DNA of 62,888 nt, the filler included, from Octopus bimaculoides (taxonomy: Eukaryota): NCBI RefSeq assembly GCF_001194135.2. It is 4 parts of 4 records of this genome, joined end to end, with 100 filler letters (N's around TTAATTAATTAA, not from the genome) between each part and the next. Parts side by side here need not be neighbours in the genome. Positions count along the whole stretch, not along the records: positions 50,781 to 62,888 come from NC_068987.1; 3 more parts are not named here. The stretch is one strand, 5' to 3'. Under the pieces are notes generated by a model that saw only the letters and a list, made by a program, of their open reading frames with translations, was not told where the DNA came from and searched no databases. Below, one piece after another: positions 54,166 to 62,888 of the stretch. Position 1 is the stretch's first letter. Every line of letters starts with the position of its first letter. The position numbers were made by a program, and so were the translations under genes.

Positions 54166-55075
54166 GTCCTATGCAATAAATAAATATATTTACAGTAATT
54201 TATCTGCTGGCGTCACTGAATTATTTATCTATTGGGTTATCTGCTAATTTNNNNNNNNNNNNNNNNNNNNNNNNNNNNNNNNNNNNNNNNNNNNNNNNNN
54301 NNNNNNNNNNNNNNNNNNNNNNNNNNNNNNNNNNNNNNNNNNNNNNNNNNNNNNNNNNATATATATATATATATATATATATATAATTCTTTGATCATCT
54401 CTAGTCTGATACGATACAAATGTATATGTATGTGTATTTGTATTTGTATTTGTGTGTAAGTGTATGCATGTATGTATATATGTATGTATATATGTATGTA
54501 TGTATGTATGAATGAATGAATGAATGAATGTATGCGTGTATCCGGGTTCTCTTCTGTTTTTAATGATTTAAAACTATGTAGGAAAGGATTTGGTTCTAAC
54601 AAACATACACAGTTCCTTCGAGCTTACAAAAGCAATGTCAAATATCGAACTTCAGTAAAGTTTTGCATATTTTTACTATTCCACTTACAGGCTGTGTTTT
54701 TCGTGTGCATGTTAACTGATTGATTTCTTTTTTCTGAAAACCTTAGTCTTTTCCAGATTATCGCTTAGGTATTTACTAATAAAGCCAAGTGTTCCAACTA
54801 TTATTTGGTATAAATGTAAATATATAACCTGGATATAGAAGGCTTCAAAGCAGTTGTCCATAATTATCTCCTTTCTCTAATTTCCTAAGAGACATTCATA
54901 TCAGCAGGGCATGTGACCTCTATGAAGGCACATATTTTTTTTTCTTGCGGCCTGTTATATTTCCACTTGTTGGAAGTTTTGGTGGAAATCTTTTGACCCA
55001 TCTTCCTTGGGTTGATGTTTATATATGTATTTAATAGCAGGTCTTTTTTCTATGCTTTTTTATATCCTAGACATA

Positions 55076-55266
55076 CGTTGAATATAAAATTTAACGAAGC
55101 GGAGGTAAAATCAGTGTGTTCTCACAGTGTACTTCGCGAGACTCCAAAACGCCCTCTCAACGACTCCTACCGACTTCTCGTCTCAACCAATACGCTACTC
55201 TTTATTAGAGTTCGGCTAGTCCATTCTTCCAATCCTCCAGGGGTGTCAATGACTCTCGCCACAACA
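55076..55266 (-). mobile_element. Putative 3' LTR (~190 bp) of a Gypsy element
   Basis: On the minus strand the PPT tcaaagggagaga is directly followed by TGTTG, there is an internal AATAAA, and the segment ends ...ttcaacg (a decayed CAACA inverted terminus). Confidence 0.55.
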
Positions 55267-55371
55267 TCTCTCCCTTTGAGATTGACTTTCGTTGGAAGTT
55301 AATATTATTATTTCTTTTTTTTTTTTTCTTTCATCACATCTCCCTTTTTGAGATTTTCATTCTAGGGAAGT

Positions 55372-56032
55372 TTAATATTTAGGCACAACTTCCAACCGTT
55401 CTGTTTGTTTCCTCTTTCTTGTGCTGCTACGCCTAAATTCAATTTCTTGTGGCGCTGGAACATCGAAGGTGTCATAAAAAACTTCCATGGATATCTCTTT
55501 TCTTTTTTCCGTATATCTATTTTTTAGTTGGTTTAAATGTCTTCTGTGTTCCCATTTTTCACCTCTTATCATATATATCATTTTGCCTATTCTTTTTGTT
55601 ACTACTTCATCTTCCCAACCTTGTCTTCCGTTTTTATATATTTTGAAAAACACCTTGTCACTGATATTAAAATGCTTTGTCGTATATTTAGTGTTTTCCC
55701 TGTTTGTTTTTATTACTGGTAACAGCTTGTCGAAAATTGACTTTATTTTTCGAGCAAACATTACTTCGACAGGCGATTTGCCTGAAAAAGTGTTTGGGTT
55801 TGGTGTTATCCAATAAACCCTCAAGAATTGTGTCAATGCTACGTCATCGACTAACTTGTTTCTTGGTTTCTTTAATGCTCTTTTAGATGCATCCACGAAC
55901 CTTTCCGCTTATCTGTTTGATCTTGGGTGACACGGAGTAATAGTGATATGTTAGATTGGGTACACCTTGCAAAAATTCATTCGCTGTGAATTGTGCAGCG
56001 TTATCGGAGACTATGGTATCTGGGACACCACA
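55372..56032 (-). mobile_element. Ty3/Gypsy integrase core and C-terminus (K02A2.6-like), decayed
   Basis: CGVPDTIVSDNAAQFTANEF, then TPCHPRSN..AERFV, then ORF 55372-55896 with QFLRVYWITPNP...GKSPVEVMFARKIKSIFDKLLP. Confidence 0.9.
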
Positions 56033-56038
56033 CCTCTG

Positions 56039-56080
<42 letters not shown>

Positions 56081-56249
56081 CCCGCATAACTTCTGAAGTT
56101 CGCGGCTGATTTTCTCCATACTGGGAGCATACATTACCTATATTCCAGAAGTGGTTTTAGATTCTTATAACTTTTCGCATAATGAGTAACGGGCACTATG
56201 GGATCAGAGAACACCCTTTCCTAGGTTATGTTGGTAACTCTTTGCGAAG

Positions 56250-56935
56250 TAACTTTCAGAAATTGATTGTCTTCCTTACATCCGTTGGTCAAAATTTATC
56301 ATAGCCTCAATTGGCTGTGTGAAAGAGCAATACTAGCTCAAAAAAAACAGCTCTGTTAGTAAGATTAATGAGTAGCTGCTGCAGTACCTTCCTGGAAGTC
56401 CTCACACTTATAAGTCAGTCGATACAATCCCAGATCCAGAAGACGTGGTAAATTATCCAACAGAATTCAACAATTCATTGGAGCCTCCCTCCAGGACTAG
56501 CTCCCCACAGATTGGAACTTAAAGTGGCAACTCCAGTAATGTTATTGAAGAATTTGGATCCATCAACACTCTGCAATGGGACACGCCTGGTGGTAAAGAA
56601 TATGATTCCACATGTTACTGAGGCCACTGTTCTCTCTGCATGTGGAAAAGGAGAGGTTTTCATACCCAGAATTCCTCTCATTCCATTGGGAGCAAAAATT
56701 CCTTTTTCATTCAGAAAAGTGCAATTTCCTATTCGTATCAGCTTCGCAATGTCTATCAATAAATCCCAGGATCAAACACTGTCTGTGGTAGAATTTCACT
56801 TGCAAGAGTCATGCTTCTCACACGAGCAATTAAATGTTGGCTGCTCTAGAGTGGGAAGCAAAAAAAAAAATCTATTTGCATTTGTTCCACAAGGGAAAAC
56901 AAGGAATATTGTATACTATACCAAGAGGTTTTGTA
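56250..56935 (+). mobile_element. Helitron PIF1-family helicase C-terminal fragment
   Basis: With frameshifts it reads WLCERAILA...YKSVDT...YPTEF.NSLEP, then LLKNLDPSTLCNGTRL...VFIPRIPLIP...QFPIRISFAMSINKSQDQTL...FSHEQLNVGCSRVG...KTRNIVY. Confidence 0.92.
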
Positions 56936-57204
56936 GGAATTACTGCATCCTACGTTGTGCTGATAAATATATGCGCATTGTGTGTATAGATAGATGAATA
57001 GATAGAAAGATAGATAGGTAGGTAGGTAGGTAGGTAGGTAGGTAGGTATGTAGGTAGGTACTACGTTCGTACGTACGTAGATGAGAGCGAGGAATGTATA
57101 TATATATAAATGTGTATGTACATGTGCACACATACACATAAGCACTTATTGCCATGGTTTTTATCAAGTTTCACTTATCCGTATCATTCCTTCTATTTCT
57201 ACAG

Positions 57205-57270
57205 GAAACCAGTGAAGAGGAAAAGAAAAAGAAAAACCGACTCACAGACCTTCTGAATATTATCAACAAA
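57205..57270 (+). CDS. Candidate 66-nt internal exon of an unidentified gene
   Basis: Acceptor cattccttctatttctacag, perfect donor AAA|GTAAGT, length a multiple of 3, and only one fully open frame: ETSEEEKKKKNRLTDLLNIINK. Confidence 0.5.
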
Positions 57271-57646
57271 GTAAGTTAACGTTTCATCTTGGCACGCTTT
57301 ATCCCTCGATACATTTATCGGTTTATTGTTTTATATCGAACTTTGGAAAAAATTGCGTCATTGGTTATAGATTTCGAGTGGCTAGTCACTGGTTCACTGC
57401 ATCTGCGTCGGCGATGGCGACAAGGGATGTGTTTGTAATTTGCTGCCGAGCAAATATCGCATGGCTCTTTTTTCGAAACGCATTTTATTTTTTACTGTTT
57501 TTTTTTTTTTGCTGAATTACTTTTATCAGTCACCGACATACATCATTGAGATATACACGCACGCACACATACACAAACATACATACACATATACATATAT
57601 ATGTATGCACGTATGTATGTATGTATGTATTATGTATGTATGTATG

Positions 57647-58985
57647 AGCAGATTTTTATCTTTTATGTATATATTCTCATGCATATAGTTGCATATCTAG
57701 ACATGTTCATATATATTTAAATGATAAACCTCTGGAGAGTTTTACCGATTTTTGCAGTTCCAGTGATGGATTGGATCTGTAGTCTTCGAATTAGCTTTCT
57801 TCTTTCTGGTTTTGAGAAGCTTAATTTCTCAAGATTCGTATTTAGTGGTGTAACATATCCCAGGGTCCCAATAATTACAGATATAAACCTGAACTTATAA
57901 TCTGGATAGAGTAACTGCAGATTTTTCGATAGTTCAGCATAGGTGTTCTCTTTTTCACTGATCTTCAGCCTTATGTTAGCATCTCCTGGGCAGCTAATTT
58001 CCACAACTGTGCACAGTTTCTCTTCTCTATCCCAAATCATTATATCAGGTCTGCTGTGCTTACATTTTATTGAGGTCTTCACTGGTACATTCCACCAATA
58101 TTCCTTTTCATTATGAGTGACTATGGCTTCTACCATATTGTGGGTTATTTCTTTGTCCTCAGGATTATCCTTCCGACAGATTTCATTATAGAATGTCCTA
58201 GCTACAACATCATGTCTCATCGGTAGATAATAACATGATGACATTTTCAGATAACTGCTTATGATGTGAGTGATATCTTCAGTGTGAACTGCACACAGTC
58301 TGCATCGGTTGTCACATTTTTCGGGTTTTCCTGCATTTCTATCTCTTTTGTGCATCAGATACTTGGTTGATATTTCCTGTTTCTGGATTGCAAACGCATA
58401 CCCTTCAAAGGGGGAGGTAGTAATCCGGCTATTCGTCCATGATAAACTGCTTTGATGATCAATGTTACTATCATCACGGAACTTTCTACTAACATATCCA
58501 TGCATAGTCTTCTGCTCAGCTCATTCTCTCATCTGATGATACGTTGCGGTAGTGTCGTGCGACTTCTTCTAGGTTATCAGACAAAGAATGTTGCTCAAGG
58601 AACTGCCTTCCAAGTCTTATGATGTCATCAGCCTCATGTATGCAAACTTGGTCAAGGGATGCACTTCGACACTTGGTGGTTAAAAGATGTTGCCAAAGGG
58701 ATATGATGNNNNNNNNNNCGACACTTGGTGGTTAAAAGATGTTGCCAAAGGGATATGATGCGACATTCAAAGGCATTTTGGATCGATGTTAAGCCTCTGC
58801 CGCCTTGTTTTCGTTTTAGGTAGAGGCGGTCTAAACCACTGTATATGTGGAAATTATGTGTGCTTGTTAGTATTTTTCGGATTTTCACATCAATGTCTCG
58901 GATCTCATCAAGCAGCCCAAATGTTGGTATGAGTACTGGCACTACAAACACATTGTGGGCCACTGTTTTATTGAATGCAGAGCGT
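57647..58985 (-). mobile_element. 5'-truncated R4/Dong-type RLE non-LTR retrotransposon
   Basis: The RT thumb region (DRLYLKRKQGGRGLTSIQ) is followed by ORF 57717-58505 with the zinc knuckle CRLC...EDITHII, RHDVVA, RPDIMIWD...VEISCP and EKENTYAEL of a PD-(D/E)xK restriction-like endonuclease. A short 3' UTR follows, and (CATA)n lies on both flanks. Confidence 0.92.
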
Positions 58986-59404
58986 TGTATGTATGTATGT
59001 ATGTATGTATGTATGTATGTATGCATGTATATCGTCCACTTGTTTCATGCTAGGGCACCACCTTCAAGAATTTTTTGTCGAATGAATTGATCTTAGTATT
59101 TCCTGGTACTTATTTTGTCAGTCCTTTTGCCGAACCGCTAAGTTATGGGGACGTAATCACACTGACATCGGTTGTCAAGTTGTGTCGTATATATATATGC
59201 GTTTGCTCAAGGCTGTAACCTCAGCATAGCGGCAGTCCAAAGACTGAAAGAAGTAAAAAGAATAAAAGATAAGACATACGTGTCTATGTATGTGCGCATT
59301 AATGTTTGGTTTTTATGTCAAGTTATATATGAAGGGTTGCTGAAGACTTTTAGTAGAGTAGGTGTTTATTAAACTTTTACGAAGAAAAGGTTGATCGTGA
59401 CTTC

Positions 59405-59457
<53 letters not shown>

Positions 59458-61963
59458 GCACACGCACGCACGCACACACACAAGCATATACGCACGCGCG
59501 CGTGTTGTGTACGTATGTGTGCGCGCAGTTCTGTAGAGCGTTGCCAACTTCTAAATGAGTCAATGAAACGAAACCGCGGTTCCGATTCTTGATTGAACAG
59601 TCCATTCTATCTTCTAGTTGTTGCTTCACCAAACTTGTAGAGTTGTCAATTAATCTATTTAGAAATGGCTGTACCCCCATTGTACTCTATTGCATTACTT
59701 TGTACTTTGCTGTACTCCACTATATTCTGCAGTACTCTACTGTACCCTACTATATCATATTGCATTCTACTGTACTCTAATGTGCTCAATAGTACAGACA
59801 ATATTGTGTCAGATGATGACGCTTACTTCTATATATAGTGATAAAACAGGTACCAAATGGCTCAGTATATCAGACAAACCGAGATATTGATAGTTCATAC
59901 ATCATATCTTCCACTTCTCCACGGCTAAATGGACCAGACCAGTGAGCTGTAACTGTGTACCACAGAGTAGAAAAACACAATTGACGGTAAGGTATGAGCT
60001 GAGAGGAATTTGTCTGCTATTTCTAGCACGTCGAATGATCACATAGAGTGAATGAGGGGGTGTATCATTTTTAGTACCATAGAATTGCAAGTTCACAAAA
60101 ACCTGTTTGAGTGCAGACATACTGGGAAAAATAATACATCTTTAATTCCTGATTATGCAAATTTAACTAAATTTATTTTCTATTTTTATCTCAACGATTA
60201 AACAGTTTTATTTTCTCGCGTGTATCTTCAGAAACTTCGTTATCGGTTGATTTCAAATTAAATGCAAATGAAATTTCTTCTGCGAATGAGGCCTTCTCTT
60301 CCCTTGGCTTTAAGGTCCCTCCTTGGCTCGGGCTTCACTAAATTGATTTACTTCAAATACAATACACTGCGTGAAGAAGTCATTAGTGGGGTCATCTCAA
60401 GCCAATGAGATAAGAGACTCGCCACTTTTCATATAAGAGTGCAGTACTATAGAACGGATATAAATTTCATGCACTTACAGACTCCTTTTTCACATTTTTT
60501 AAGTTTTCTTTGGAGTGCGAAGGATCAAATATTATCTTGCTTTTGTGAAACGAAAATAATGACCACTAAACCTAAACTATATAAGAAAGTGCAATATTTA
60601 ACTAAGTACAAAACATATAAAACTCTTAAAGACCGTAATGTAAACTTGGCCATAAACTTCAAATGCAGGTAAATATATTCTGCTGATAGTAAGCTGGAGA
60701 AGATAGGCAAACACACTATCGTGCATAAACATAATTAGAAATGCGACTAGATCATGATAAGGAAACAAAACAACCTCAGTAGTTTGTGCCACGTGGTGAC
60801 CCAAAAATAGGTACACATTTTTCAATTTAAAAGAAAATAAATAATGAATAGAATATAAATAAAAATACATTCAATAATAAAAAGTACAGTCGAGTCTAAT
60901 CCTATCCGACAATAATTTCTAAGCCTCTTTTCACCAGGGCTCTGAATATTGCGATAGAAGCGATAGTGATGCTAATATAATCATGCACGTTAGGAACTCG
61001 CTCGTCTTTGACTGAGATTCCTCACGAATGAAAGACTAATGATCCATTTGATGTTGCAATGGGTTGCTTCCATGCAACAGAATTCTGCGATTAAATTGGA
61101 TTATTCATAATAAATAAGCTTAAATCGTTCCTTTTCAGGTTTATGTAGGAAGTCTTTCGTAATAAGTCCGAGGTCAGCCCTGATCGAGTAAACTTATGAT
61201 CAAAGACTTTTCAGCCATCACCATTGCGTAGGACTACATTATTTAATGCGCTTATTTTTCTCTATTTAATATTGACGGAGATTCGATTGCTGTTTTTAAC
61301 AGATCAAACTACCAGAGATTCTCTAGTTAACGCCGAGTGCAGTACAATATAGTGTAGGACGATTTTGTAGATTCATCGCATTGTATAGCGCAGAAGTATT
61401 ATGTAACGTTGTTGTTGTTGGTGGTGGTGGTCGTCGTCGTCGTGGTGGTCGTCGTGGTGGTGCTGCTGCTGCTGTTTTTGCTGTTATTGTCGTCGTCGTC
61501 GTTGTTGTTGTTGTTGTTATTTAGCCTAAGGTTAATCCTGATCAAAGCTATGATGAAAATCAATGCAGTCATGACCTTCCCATATTTTAGGAGTTCTACA
61601 ACTACATTAATGAGTCTGTCTTTGTCTTATTTGAGGCGAGGCTTTGTGAAATTCAAGAAAGCTTTGTTTGCTATTTCTAGCACGTTGCTCGACTGTCTAA
61701 GTTCTATTTATGCTTGGTATCAGATATTTCGGCAAAATCTTTCGAAAAATTCCAAGTGTCAACAGTCTTGATGACTACCTTTCATCAATAGGGGCGTAGT
61801 GTGTAGAGTTGTCATGAACAAACTGCGGCCTAATGTAAAGAGTAACACACAGCTTACCAGGTGTAGAGTACTTTTTCCTCAATTATATTATAATAATTTT
61901 GTCACACACTAACACCTTTTTGTCTTTTCCTTTATCTCCTTTGTTTTCCCTTCATTTCTTTTC

Positions 61964-61999
61964 CTTTCTGCAGAAGGATTAACGTCTGAAACGTCAAAG
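61964..61999 (+). ncRNA. Near-intact minimal hammerhead motif (core A6 changed to C)
   Basis: cttt-CTGCAGA-a-gga ttaacg tct-GAAA-cGTC-aaag. Stems I and II can pair and stem III is the palindromic ACGT type, but CTGCAGA departs from CTGANGA. Confidence 0.5.
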
Positions 62000-62360
62000 C
62001 ATTCGATTTTCATCTGACATGTTAGACTATTGCCACGTTCATCTTACTTTGATCTTTCCGTGTTGTTCTTTAAGTTGATTTTTAGGAGCTTTTGATTTTG
62101 TATATGTGCATGTGTGTTAATATAACTAATAAGTTTCAATTTAAGATTATATACATTTGTGTGTGTGTGTGCGCACGTGCGTTTGTATGTATTGCATAAT
62201 GTGCAATATGATGTTTATGTGTGTGCGCGTGTGTGTGTGTGTGTATGCGTGTGTGTGCGTGTGTGTGTATATATTTGTATGTGTGTGTGTGTGTATATGT
62301 GTGTATTTATGTATATATATGTATATATTTATATACATACATACATACATTCATACATAC

Positions 62361-62472
62361 TGCAGTACCAGGCAGCGGGCGGCTCTCATGGCTTCTGATC
62401 TTAACTGATTGGAAGTGTTATTATGTACATTGTTTTGTCTTGGTATAAAAGATGGGCTACAGCAAATATTTT
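62361..62472 (+). mobile_element. Family D 5' fragment
   Basis: Matches 23184-23295. Confidence 0.85.
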
Positions 62473-62476
62473 TATG

Positions 62477-62526
<50 letters not shown>

Positions 62527-62818
62527 CACATATATACTTCCAAAAATGGTTTTGTAAGTTATTTATGTATTATGGTCATACACGTAGTTTTATCAATCAT
62601 CGCGACTGTATCTCTGTTTCTGTTTGATGAACTGCACGTATCTACATTCCTGTCCACTCTCACATCTTCACTATACTTTAACCCTGCCTGAGACAGAAAC
62701 CAAATCTCTCACAAACAGCACTCTACCATTTTGGAAAACGTAACGACACATTAGACTTTTCTACTTCGTTCACTTCGCTTTTCATCTTTTCACATCATTC
62801 CGTTTTGCTTAACCACCC

Positions 62819-62827
62819 CTCTCTCTA

Positions 62828-62888
<61 letters not shown>
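62819..62888. repeat. (CT)n microsatellite; representative of dozens of (CA)n, (TA)n, (GA)n, (CATA)n, (GATA)n, (GGTA)n and (GAAA)n arrays in the window
   Basis: Seen directly. Confidence 0.95.

Noticed and set aside
59545-59590. GAAA followed by palindrome accgcggt, and a similar motif at about 61000-61040, resembling hammerheads
   Set aside because: The CUGANGA core is absent or has indels, and no stem I can form.

Overview
This is AT-rich eukaryotic draft-assembly DNA with many N gaps, very dense microsatellites and many SINE, LINE and DNA-transposon fragments. The recurrent SINE families look like those I know from Octopus, so a coleoid cephalopod origin is my inference, not a database result. 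There is no prokaryotic content, CRISPR array, rRNA or intact tRNA gene, and I could not name any host gene. Almost all ORFs in the supplied track come from microsatellites or span gaps. The real protein homologies are all decayed mobile elements: a 5'-truncated CR1/Jockey-like LINE with poly(A) and TSD (8.1-8.6 kb), a Penelope-like GIY-YIG endonuclease (20.3-20.9 kb), three R4/Dong-type RLE retrotransposon pieces (22.7, 31.4, 57.6-59.0 kb), RTE fragments, a Gypsy integrase with PPT and LTR (55-56 kb) and a Helitron PIF1 helicase (56.3-56.9 kb). MITEs of the hAT, piggyBac (TTAA) and Tc1/mariner (TA) types are also present. A few short candidate host exons are proposed at low to moderate confidence. 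The most interesting observations are: (1) a nearly intact minimal type I hammerhead ribozyme at 35486-35533 with several degenerate relatives; (2) two RLE retrotransposon copies bordered on both sides by same-orientation (CATA)n arrays; (3) a CpG-decay boundary at a promoter-like site near 16.3 kb; (4) several long fold-back inverted repeats that could form dsRNA.
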